A stretch of 64,000 nucleotides of DNA, the filler included, from Circinaria calcarea (lineage: Eukaryota), in assembly GCA_051942165.1 (NCBI GenBank). It is 7 parts of 7 records of this genome, joined end to end, with 100 filler letters (N's around TTAATTAATTAA, not from the genome) between each part and the next. Parts side by side here need not be neighbours in the genome. Positions count along the whole stretch, not along the records: positions 36,678 to 45,739 come from JAVECS010000992.1; positions 45,840 to 54,899 come from JAVECS010000993.1; 5 more parts are not named here. One strand, 5' to 3'. The notes beneath the pieces are model-generated. The model worked only from the letters and a program-made list of their open reading frames with translations. It did no database searches and was not told the origin of the DNA. Both the position numbers and the translations under genes were made by a program. Positions 36,985 to 48,466 of this stretch are shown one piece after another. The stretch's first letter is position 1; every line of letters begins with the position of its first letter.

Positions 36985-39858
36985 ATGAAATATAATTATG
37001 AATTTACCAACAAAACAGTTACAAATAAGAACTGTATACTTGCATCACGTAAGAGATTAATCTCTACATGAAGACAAAATATAAGATCTTTATATTTTGA
37101 CTTTAATAACTTTGAGTTAAATCTTTTTACACAAATGATATTGGATAATTTTAATGTGGGTATTACGTACTCATTACTATTAAAGTTGCGATATGACGTA
37201 AATTATTATGGTATGGGGGGAGGTCAAATAGGGTTTAGACTATCAAATGTTAATGACTTAGAGTCAATAAAGAGGTTATATCAAGATTTTAACAACAAGA
37301 TTAGAATGTTTGAAGAAATTTATAACGTAGAAGAGGTAGAGGTAATACAGATATTATACATAGAAATATCAGAGATCTCCAAGTTAAAACTCCAAAATAT
37401 TAATCATATTAAATTAAACAAGGAATTTGTAAAGATTAAAGAAGTTAAGAAACAATATGGTTCTACATTTTTGCCTTTAACAGTAAATACTAATTACTAT
37501 GGTAAAATAATGCGTAACGATACACTTATTACATATATTAACTTGATTAATAGTCAGTTGGAGCTTATACACAGTGGTTTATTAAGTTCCAATGTACTGG
37601 AAAGCATGTATCTATATAACGGGGAGTATATAATTGTTAATAAAAAATTAGAGTTTAATGTATTTAAAAGAGAGGTGTATAGTGCTAAATCTGGTAGATT
37701 ATACTTGGAGGCTCTAGATAGTATATTAAACCAAAATACTTTTAAGAGAAAGATTGGGAATGTGACATTAACTATAGAGAATAGCATAGTAGTACACTTA
37801 GAGATATCTAAGGAATTATCATATGTAAAGCAGCAGTATAAGCCTTATAAAGAGTCATCTAATCCCTTTATAGGTAGTTTAGATTTAGAAACATTTGTTG
37901 ACTCAGACGGATATTCAAAAGTGTATGCATTAGGGTTTGTGACGAGAAAAGAGGAAAATAATCCTGTAATATTTTATTTGAAGGATTCATCTTCTAGCTC
38001 AGAACAATTAATCTTGAATTGTTTTGAACTTTTATTATCTAACAAGTATAATGGTTATATTTTTTATGTTCATAATTTTGGAGGTTTTGACGCTGTATTC
38101 ATATTAAAGGCATTGATTGAAGCTAATAAAAACAAAGGGAGTGAATACTATAAATTATCTACTCTATATAGAGATGATAGATTATTAAAGTTGGATATTA
38201 GGGTTAATAAAGGATCAGGTTTTAATAAAATTAGCATTGTAGATTCTTATAATCTATTAAGTGGTAGTTTGGATAAATTATCACAGTCTTTTGGTTTGGA
38301 AGTTACAAAAGGTAAATTTCCTCATGAATTTGTCAGAAGAGATACTTTAAGTTATGTGGGTAGTACACCATCTATCAGTTATTGAAAGGACTTGAGTAAA
38401 GAAGAGTTTAAAAAGATTTATAGAATAGACTGAGATTTAAAACAAGAATGTATTAACTACTTAGAAAAGGATCTTCTGAGTCTTTTGAAAGTAATGGATA
38501 CTTTTAATAGGTATGTTTTTAACAAATATGATTTACAAATGACTAATAGTTTGACTATATCCAGACTAGCTTTAAATATATTTATTAAGGATTATTTAAA
38601 AAAATCCAAACTACCAATTATAACAAAAAATATGTTTAGTGATATTAAAAAAGCTTATTTTGGAGGTGTAACTGAGGTATATAAACCTTATGGCCGAAAC
38701 TTATATTATTATGATGTTAATTCATTATACCCTTTTGCATCACTAAATAGTATGCCTAACACAAGTTGTATTTACATAGAAGATCATAAAAATAGTCTAA
38801 ATATACAAGACTTATTTGGTTTCTTTTATTGTGAGATAGAAAGTAAAGATAATTATCTAGGTTTATTACCAGTTCATAGCGAAGGAGGTTTAATTATGCC
38901 TAATGGTAAGTGAATTGGATGATATTTTTCAGAAGAGTTAAAGTTCGCAAGTATTAATAATTATGATATAAAAGTCATTAAAGGGTATACTTTTAACAAA
39001 CAAGAAAACGTATTTAATGAGTATGTAAGTCATCTATATGAGATAAAATCCAACAACGAAGGATCAATTAAAGTTATAGCAAAAAGTTTATTAAATAATC
39101 TTTTAGGTCGGTTTGGATTAGACATATATAAACCTGTTACTGAGATAGTAAATAGAGTAAAATTAGAGTTTATCAGTTCAACGTGTAAAGTAGTCTCTTA
39201 TAAGAATATAACCGATAGAGATTTTTTAGTTGTTTATTACCCTGAGGTCTCGAAAGAAATCTGTGAATCACATGGTTTAGACTATTTTAAAGTCTTGGGT
39301 GAAAAATCTAAATACAGCTTAGAGAAAGGTACTGAGTTTAAAGACGTATCTTTAAGTACAGCAGCTGCGGTTACATCTTACGCAAGAATATTTATGGGTA
39401 AAATAAAGCTAGACATTTTAAAGAATGGAGGCTCTATTTATTATACAGATACTGATAGTATAGTCACTAATAAACCTTTACCAGAAAAACTAGTCGGTGA
39501 TAAGCTAGGGCAATTTAAACTTGAATATGAAGTCCAAAGAGCGTATTTTATCTCATCAAAAACATATTGTTTGTTACTTAAAGATTGATCTGTCATAATA
39601 AAAGTTAAAGGGGTAAAGAATGATTCGTTAACTATTAGTGACTTTGTAAATATGTATAAGGGTATTAACGTCGTAGGTGTTAAACAGGATACAATCACTA
39701 GTTATGTAAAAGGATCTGTAGTAATATCAACTAAAAATATCAAATTGAATTATAACTCATATACGAAGAGAGAAAAAGTGTACAAGAACGGTCTGTGAAC
39801 GGGTACTAAACCTTTGATCTACAACAATAGTAATAATTGCTTGGCGGAGGGTAAGTAA
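36985..39858 (+). CDS. Protein-primed family B DNA polymerase (code 4, 957 aa)
   Basis: One frame with 7 TGA read as Trp. ExoI LDLET, ExoII YVHNFGGFD, ExoIII YLEKD, motif A YYDVNSLYP, motif B KSLLNNLLGRFG, motif C YTDTDS, C-terminal KREK..W..TKP. Confidence 0.96.
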
Positions 39859-40015
39859 AAAAAAAAACAAGATTGAATTACTTTAATGCACAAGGGATAG
39901 TATATCAAACTGTAATAATAGTATTTCTATTGCTAAACGTGTATCTAACATAAGTAAACCAAACTACATATCAGTATATGTTATATTATCTTGTTAATTA
40001 GCACTCTAAATAGTC

Positions 40016-40055
40016 GTAAAAAAAGGAAAGTAAAATTTTACTTTCCTTTTTTTAC
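40016..40055. terminator. Perfect 40-bp palindrome between the convergent polymerase genes
   Basis: GTAAAAAAAGGAAAGTAAAA|TTTTACTTTCCTTTTTTTAC. The terminator role is inferred from its position. Confidence 0.55.
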
Positions 40056-40069
40056 TTTCCTTTTATTAA

Positions 40070-43000
40070 CTAGCTCACTATATAGGAACTAGATTTTATA
40101 AGTTCAATGTCTAAACGTGTACTTAATACCAATTCAATATCGGGGAATTTCATTTTGGGAGTATTCTCTATCTTAATAATATTATTAAGATCATCGAAAC
40201 ATTCTTTACCGTAATGAAATTTAATATGTTGCCTAATTTCTCTATCTATTTGTCTTAAATAGTTATCATCTGAGTATATCTTAATATACACAAGCTTTAA
40301 CAATTCCATAAGATTCTCTACATTATTTGCCGTAACAGCAAAACAATCATGTATGGCATATATATTCTTGACGTCTGATGAATAATTATTAAAATAAAAA
40401 TCAGTTAACAAAGCAAGTGAAGCTGCATCCAATGAATGAACTAAGTTAGGCATGAAAGCACGTATCTGTTTGTTAGTGTTATATTTATCTTTATTGGGTA
40501 TCTTTAGTATAAAGCTACTTCTGTCATGGGAAAAAGGTCTTAATTTAGCTTCTTTTGTAGTAAGATAACTTTGTCTAACTACAACTCCTGAGGGTAAACC
40601 TCAAGGTATTACAAGATTTAACCTTGTACATATTTTAGCTATATCTTTTAAATATTTAATTAAGAGCCCTAACTTCATGAAATTATTATCTAAAACTACT
40701 CTTAAACCTGTTGCGATTAAACTGAAATCATTAAATCTTAGTCTAATATTAGGATCATCTATAAATTGATATCATCCGTTCTTAGTATTTAACTGGTCTA
40801 TATCTGAATCACTATCTTTACATTCTACAAAGTGCTCTTGTATATACTTTATCATTTGATGTGTAGTAACATTATATGCTATTGTCATAATAGCTTTCTT
40901 TATAATAGACCTTTGTATACTTAAATTACTTAATCTAGTGTAATTATCTCGATCTTCATCCGATAAATCCTTTAATTTTAGTTTATCCCTAAAATAGTCT
41001 ACTAAATTAACAGACAAAAAGTTGTAAAAATCTTTAGGAACATCCTCTCAAGTTGATTCTATTAAATTTAACTCTTTAGCAAGATTAAAATCACTGCTCA
41101 ACATAGAAAGGTGTTGATATCCATTACAAGTAGCATCTAGTTGTATCGGTAAATATGTTTCAAAATAAATAGTCTCATTTATATTATATGACTGTAATCA
41201 TCTAGTATATTCAAAACAAAAGGCAATAAATAATAATTTACTCTCAGCTTTAGATATTAATATACCATTTTCAAAGTCTATAATATTATTAATGTTGTCA
41301 TCAATTCATTTTATTCTATCAAATCAGGATTTTTTATCTAACTTATTACCATAACAATTTGCTCCAAATGCTTTTAGATAGTTTATTGCTTTTATATCTG
41401 TTTTCATTATTCTTTCAGGTTTGCTATAAATTAATAGAGATTTAGCTAATTCATTTGACTGATAGTTTAAGTATTGACTAATACAATTCATTCTACCCCT
41501 AAAGTCCAACCTGACTGGTAAATAAAATTCATGGATATTAGAGTATACTTTAGCTAATCCTAATATGTTCTCTTGTAGTTCTAATTTAGCCATAAAACTT
41601 TCTACCTGTAATCTTTCTTTTTTTGATAGTTTAGATTTTTCTAATAAATTATTTATGTTGTCTATATAAATAAGAAGATTATACTTACTACCATACTTAC
41701 TAATAAAGTTTAAAACGTCTCTATTTATCTTATAACCTACTGAGTTCATGTTATTAACTAAATCATATGCTACATTGCTGCTTTTTACACTAGAGGCTTC
41801 TTTTAATTCTCAATTATCAATAATTAACTTATCTGTAATTTTTATATCGTTTAATAAATAACCACCTAATCTTTCTACTGGCTTATTGTTAATTATCTCT
41901 CTAAAATAGGGTTTAGGTTTTACTATCATAGGTATTCTTACTGGTAAATGCATTAATTTTTTAGTGTTAACTAAACTAGATAGTACCTCATTAGTAGGTA
42001 CTAAATAACTATGCTTTTCAGTTTTACTCACCACAACTATCTTATTCTGTACTAACTTAGCTTCTTTTAATCATTCTACAACTATACCTCCTATATTACC
42101 CTTCAGAGTTTCATCATTGTAAACACTTACTAAATCAGTATTTTCTGCTTTTCAGTCCGTCAATGTATATCTATCGCCATTGTCCTGATGTTCTCTCTGT
42201 TTTATGTATAAAGAATAGAAATAATCTCTAATTAAATTTTCACTTATATCAATAAAAACGTTAGTAGATATATTATTATTATAAAAGTCATTATAATTAC
42301 TTATAATTCTAGCAAATCTACCCAACATGATAGATATTAACTCTTCATTACTTATTTCTTTTAATAATCTAGACAAATAATAACGACTAATCACATTTTG
42401 ACTTTGTCTAACTGACTTTGTATTTAAATTATAGGATCTTGCTCTAAAGTTATTTATAAACCCCAAGAGTATTCCTTTTGAATCTAATAACAAATTTTTT
42501 ATCTTAAGACCACTAAATAAATCATAATTTATAGATGAATTTTTAGAATTAGGATCTATAGATATATAAGAATAATCCATCAAAAATTTTTCTATACTTA
42601 TTTGTGTCTCTTCATTAATGGGTGCTTTTTTAAAAAACGTTTCTAGACTATTAAAAATAACTGAATCTTCTTTCATAGATTTTTTACTTACCGAAGCTAT
42701 TCTATCCTTAGATCTTTTTGCACTCGTCGAAGAATATCTTACTAAACCTAAGTTCATATGTATATTCTTAAAAGAAAATTTATTTATACCTAATTTTTTA
42801 ATGAAATGACGGCCTTTACCTGAAAGGTTAATCTGACTAGAATGAAAATCATTATGAGTGTATAGAGCATACCTGAAATCACTATCTAAAAGGGATAATG
42901 AGCTAGTTAATGTATTGATTGAACCTCTGTATTTCTTAGGCCCTGCATTAACTTCCATACCATTATTCTTTAAACTCTTTAATAGAAGATCTAAATCTTC

Positions 43001-43939
43001 TACTATAAAGATACATCTGTTTAAAATATTATACTTACTATCCATACCGTGATCAGTAGAGGACTCTTTAATAAATTCCATAGAATAACCCGTAGCTACC
43101 TCTAAGAATGTTCTAAGATTCCTATTAAAAGCTAATTCCATAAGATAACATGTTTTTTCATTATCTGAAACGATTACATTTTGTGCTGACTTCGATAATT
43201 GTCTCATAAAATCATATAAACTTCTAGGAAGCTCACTATGTATTTTTTTTCTATAAGATTCTGTAACTGCAGTTTGAAAACCTTCCACTTCATTTCATAA
43301 GTGAGACAGATAGCCATCCCCCATTAGATCATTTACAATAAATAAATTACCATTAAAAGCATTATAATAACGCTTTTCATTTATTTTAAAATTATTAAAT
43401 AGGAATGCGACTAAAACCATTGTAAATATGGGACTATAGTAGATATTATTATAAACCAAAACATTTTTACCCTCATTCTTAATAACTCTAAATGCTACAA
43501 CATAAATACCTTTATATTTTTTATTAGGAGATTTGAACTTATTAGTCCCCAATTTATAACCATTTTCTAATGCATCTTCTAACTCACCGCTAATTAAGTA
43601 ATTATTTTTTCCAAACGTATGTTTCACTTCTAGTTTCTCCGAATTTAAATCGCAATCTAGATCGTCATCATCCATATAAACAATTTCATCTTCTGCTATT
43701 GGTGAATTATTGTCTACTTTAAGTAAAAGATTGTCTGATAACTTAGGCAAATTATCTTCTCTTCTAGATAAGTTATTATTTAAAGAGTTGGAGACCGCTA
43801 AACCATTAACTGCATTGCTACCAGATTCATTTATATCTAAACCTATTGATTCTATGCTTGGCTTCGTAGAATAAAGTTCGACTTTATTGCCCAAATTGTA
43901 ATTCGAAATTTTTGTTGTTTTATTCATTATTTTAATCAT
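40070..43939 (-). CDS. T7/T3-type single-subunit DNA-dependent RNA polymerase (code 4, ~1289 aa)
   Basis: Six ORF-track fragments share one frame, separated by TGA codons. Motifs: PMIVKPKPY, LDFRGRM, LPIQLDATCNGYQH, RSIIKKAIMTIAYN, WGLPSG..VRQSY, PNLVHSLDA, IHDCF. Confidence 0.96.
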
Positions 43940-44018
43940 TGTTTTTTTTTTATTTAAATACGATTTATATACACAATACTAGATTTATAATGAATATTCA
44001 TTAAAGGTTCTAGACAAA
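43940..44018 (-). promoter_or_regulatory. Conserved leader or putative promoter of the RNA polymerase gene
   Basis: Minus strand reads TTTGTCTAGA..ATCTAGTATTGTGT..A-run-CAATG; homologous to the DNA polymerase leader. Confidence 0.6.
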
Positions 44019-44056
44019 CCTAATTTACGAAAAGTAAAATAGAGTAAACTAATTTT

Positions 44057-45739
44057 CTATACTATACTCCTTTTATGATTTATGTGATGTACATAACCAT
44101 GCTTACGATGTACATACCCATGCCTTTGATGACCATGTCTATGATGCTCAGATCCGTGGTGTCTATGCATTCTAGAAGTTCTAGAACTCTTATTATTGCT
44201 ATAACCTTCTGACTCCGAAACTTTGACGGGTCTGTGATGTCTATTACTTCTTTCAACTAGAAGAGCTCTATCATTATTACTATCACCTACATGACTAGTA
44301 TTAGTTACACCATTTCTAGCTACAAAACCTGTATTTTGTTTCACATGAATGTTAGCTCCTTTACGATTTCTATCCGCTAAATAATTAGATTTATTTCTAT
44401 CTTGTATTGGATTATCAAAAGGACGCTTTTTATCTAAAAGATTCTGGACCTTTTTCTCTAAATTAATTTTTAACTCATCTTTAATAGTTTTTCATATCTT
44501 AGTATCCGGGGATCAAGAATCCTTAAATTCTGCATAAGAACTGTAATTACCTCTTCTATTTTCTCAAATAGTTCAAAGTAGCTTACGTCTACCTCAACTA
44601 TCATATTTAATATAAATACTATTAAGATTAGAATCTAGAGATTTAAATCCCAATTTTATCTTACTAAATAAACCGGGTTTAGCTATTACAACTTCTTTAC
44701 TTGAGTAACCTCTGTTTAGTTCCATAAGAATTCCTTCTCTGATCTTTCGTCTTCGATTACTAAATTCTTCTTCAGTATTTATAGTAGGGATTGTGTTATT
44801 AGACGTATGTTTGTTAGAGACACTATCCGATTTTAAGCCATCTAGAACTTGTCCATTAACTTTAGCCGGACTAACTCTTCTTTCACCTACATTTTGGCTA
44901 TCTGAAGATGATGGGAATAATGGAGACATTGTGTTAGGTGTTGTTAAATTACTAGCTTTTATTCTAGGAGGTATATTAGGTGAATGGTTTGGTGTTGTAT
45001 TTACAACTAAAGGTGTACGATTTGGTGTGGTATATTGTGTGGTAATTGATGGAGATGATGGAAATAGAGGTGACATTGTACTTGGTGTTGTTAAATTACT
45101 TGGTCTAGGTGCTTGACCGAGTGGTCTATTAGCAACTTGTGGTGTCTTTTCAAATAAAGGAAGATTTCCACTTGCTGCGGGAGAAGGTATTATACTAGGT
45201 ATATGTCTAGGCCGTGATGGTAATACCTCCGATACCATATCTTTAGTTGGTGCTTTTATTCCAGCAGATCTATATAACTCTGATACAGGTCTACTATAAG
45301 ATATAGAATCCCTATTAAAACTTGGAGTAGGTGCATACTTTAAAGGTACTGAATAAGTTGTTGTGGCTCTAGATGTAATGGACGCCCTTGATGCATGCGA
45401 TGATCTAGAAACATGAGATGATCTAGATATATTATCATTCGGATTATAAGCAACTGGACGTAAATATGTATTGTTTGTAGATTTGTACCTATCTCCCTCA
45501 TTATCTATGTGAACACTTTTACCTTTATCCTTTCCTTCACATAAAATAGGTTTAAATAAATCTAACTCAGGTATATATGTATAAATTTTTAGAATAAGAG
45601 AAACTAATAGACCAATAAGGAAAAAGTCCTTAAAACTAGATAAATCGTAGCTAAAGTAAAGGACGATATATCAACGAACGGTGAAAGAAAGAACCAAAGT
45701 AATAGATAAGATAGCTAAACTTCGAAGAGTAAATAAATT
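44057..45739 (-). CDS. Plasmid accessory ORF-R, 5'-partial (code 4, >=560 aa): 2 hydrophobic segments, S/P/T-rich linker, Trp-rich domain, His-rich tail
   Basis: Translated by hand: open from the contig end to TAG at 44057 when TGA=Trp. It joins ORF-track pieces 44594-45238 and 44057-44344. Confidence 0.85.
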
Positions 45740-45839
45740 NNNNNNNNNNNNNNNNNNNNNNNNNNNNNNNNNNNNNNNNNNNNTTAATTAATTAANNNNN
45801 NNNNNNNNNNNNNNNNNNNNNNNNNNNNNNNNNNNNNNN
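45740..45839. other. Artificial contig linker
   Basis: N-run + TTAATTAATTAA + N-run. Confidence 0.98.
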
Positions 45840-47125
45840 GCACAGCGAATTTGCGAGCGTGAAAATGCCGCAAGGAGCTTATCATGCTCTCCTTGGAGGA
45901 TCTGATGTGCGAGAGACTTCGTACTGAGTTGATGTTGAAGTTCTTGGAGATGGGCTGTGTGAGGGGATTTTGGCAGTAGAAGCGAAGGTGACATTGGAGG
46001 GAGGATATTGGAGCTCGTTGAAAAATTCATCGAGGAGGGCGAAGGGAGGAGACGGCTTGACAGCGGAGCTTGCATTGGCGATTGTGGCCGAGTTAGGATG
46101 GTGTTAGCTAGGGGGACGGTGGGATGAGGGGATTGAATGCCATGGTGTAGAAATTCTCCGACGCTGTTTCTGCGGTCTTGTAACGTTGGTTTACTGCTTG
46201 CTATTTCTGGAAGTTTGGAGCCGTCATCACTCTGTCGCGGAGAACCTTGCGCATGTCCTACATTGGCAATGCTATATCGTTCCTCACTCGTGACCTCGCC
46301 TGGGCCGCTCGACCTACTCCGGATGCGTGGGTTATTGGGCAACAACGCACGCGTAGTGTTTCCTAGCGGAGACACGTCTGAGGTTATCAAAGCTTTTACC
46401 ATCCGAATACTGCAGTCGACTTTGCCGAGCACCCAGTCGAGTGATTGACATAGTCCTTTCTGACCTATATCCTGCACTCCTCTCTGGTCATCAGGCTCCT
46501 AGACGGTGGCTCCAATCAGTGAAAGTACAATAAGAGGAATGGAGACTCTCGTACCCGGGAAATTGGATAGTCCGGTGTTTTAGTAGCCAGAACAATTGAT
46601 AATTCTCTTTCTAGCCTGCAAAGTCCGCTCACAATACAGGGTACAACGCCTTGTAAAGTAGAACATGTTGTGCATTGGCCCCTTTGTCCTGCACTCCTGC
46701 CGTCGTCCGTGGAGGTCTGGTAAAGTGGCTCTGAACCTTGGCTCGGACGCCGAAGCAGATTCTGCTCGCAGGATACCACTGCACCGATTTTCAGTGGCAT
46801 CGCACGTTCTATTGTCTCGTACATCTCAGCGCTTCTTCCCAAACCTATACTATAGCGCTCAGCACCCGCGGTTGCGGACGTACTACCTAGGACCAAACGT
46901 ACCTTGCGGCTGGAGACCATGGGCGCCGCCTTCACCCCGTCCTCCCTGAATAGGAATGGATGCCTCACCTACCAGTTGGGAATGGTCGATCCGTTGCCGT
47001 TTATGGCCGTTTGTGTATGACAGTGGATTCTCTCTGTGATTCTGGAGTCTTTTGTCTGATCCGGCCAAAAGGCCGACATGCCGGTGAGGACTTGGCGATA
47101 GTATGTGGGGAGGAAAGGTAGCCAT
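45840..47125 (-). CDS. Hypothetical Pro/Ser-rich coiled-coil protein, 3'-partial; exon structure uncertain
   Basis: Low-complexity N-terminal ORFs lead into the heptad-like HLQELQHQLSTKSLAHQILQGEHDKLLAAFSRSQIRC. Confidence 0.55.
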
Positions 47126-48466
47126 TGAGTCAGGAATGGTGCGGGGAGGCAGCCTCTTTTCCTCTAGACTCCATCCTCGGTGTTCATGCTCATGTTCCCA
47201 AGTGTCCATCCAAGCAAGCGTGGGTAGAGGACGATCAGATCGTCAGTCCATTACGAGAAGGAAAATAAGGTAAGACTAACCAGGGCCGGTCAGCTTTGCG
47301 GCGTTCCGAAGCAGAGGAAGGATTACTTGTAGCATCGACGTCGTACCGTATGACAGATGACGCATTGTTTGCAGCAGAGAAGGTCAGCGCAAGACTTGGA
47401 TTATCATTCGAGCCATCGGCTCTCCACTTGCGCTAGGTGATTATTGCCGTGAGTCCATCTTCGAGCGAGAAACATTATAACTTGGGGGGTCGAATCATTG
47501 AATTTCCCGGCTACGCAGCGTGTGGCGTTTTCGCCGCTAAAAGCCCACGCCCGCCGAGAACTGCAGGTGGAGCGTTACAAATCACAGCACTTCCGGTCGA
47601 GATTGGCGGAGAAGCGAATTACCATCAGATCCTTGCATTCAAGGGGATCCACAAAAAGCCGTTGCCCATCAAAGAGAATTATTAAGCCACTCTCTAGAAC
47701 TAGATAGTGATATAATTCTTTCAAGATTTGTACGTACATTTCCCACAGTAGCCTCCTGACGACCTTTATTCCAATAGCGACTTAATCTTCTCGGGCAAGT
47801 CAACCCGGTTACTTATTCATTTTATCTTGCGGGTGTATATCAAGGTAGTAAAGAAAAGAGCCTCATCCCCAATCGTCGCCGTTTACACGCCGGCCTAAAC
47901 TTTCACACGCCCAGACTCAAGTTCGGCCGTCCGTGTGAGCCGCCAACAGTCAAAGTCAGCACGGCCTCAATTCTCTTGGAGGAAGTCAGCGTTTGGACCC
48001 TCTAAAATATCAATGCTGCCCCGTCTGGCTGGATCCTTGGACCATCGCCATGATAACGTAGCCAAGTCGGCTTGGCAGAACTTAGTGAAGGATTGCAGCC
48101 GACAGTGGGAAGGTAAATGTGTGCAACAAGACAAGAAACCTAGCCTTTTTCAGAACGAACCAGTCATACCTTTCGATGTTGCTCGGCTGATTGGGCGTCA
48201 GGGCCCAAGCATTGCTCAGCGGACACGCATCAACGAGGAACTGCCCAACATGCATGAGGAGAGTTGTCTCAATCCTGGGAGTAAGAACGGAGTAAGCACT
48301 ACTGGATGTGCCGAAGTAGCGTATGTGATCCTTCCGGCCCAACTCATTAGTCATCGATGCCCTAATCCGTAGCCGAGCCAACCATCACCGAAGTTTCCGG
48401 TACAGTACTTTCAACTATGCCTCTGCTGGCTCTAACATTGTCTGCTTCGGGTCGAGTAAAAAATAA

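Larger units (their letters stand above)
36678..45739. mobile_element. Linear mitochondrial plasmid (invertron type), or its integrated copy in mtDNA; both ends missing
   Basis: AT-rich, intronless, TGA=Trp. Convergent protein-primed DNA polymerase B and single-subunit RNA polymerase, as in known fungal invertrons. Terminal inverted repeats are not present in the contig. Confidence 0.92.

Noticed and set aside
32793..39858. UV endonuclease next to a DNA polymerase as a repair module
   Set aside because: They are on different contigs, with different genetic code and base composition.
36985..43939. Polymerase genes as fragmented pseudogenes or a phage remnant
   Set aside because: All fragments of each gene are in one frame, and the breaks I checked are TGA codons, several at motif Trp positions. 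No virion genes are seen.
36678..45739. Perfect terminal inverted repeats at the plasmid contig ends
   Set aside because: The left end (TACGAAAAAATT) does not match the reverse complement of the right end (AATTTATTTACT). Both ends stop inside ORFs.
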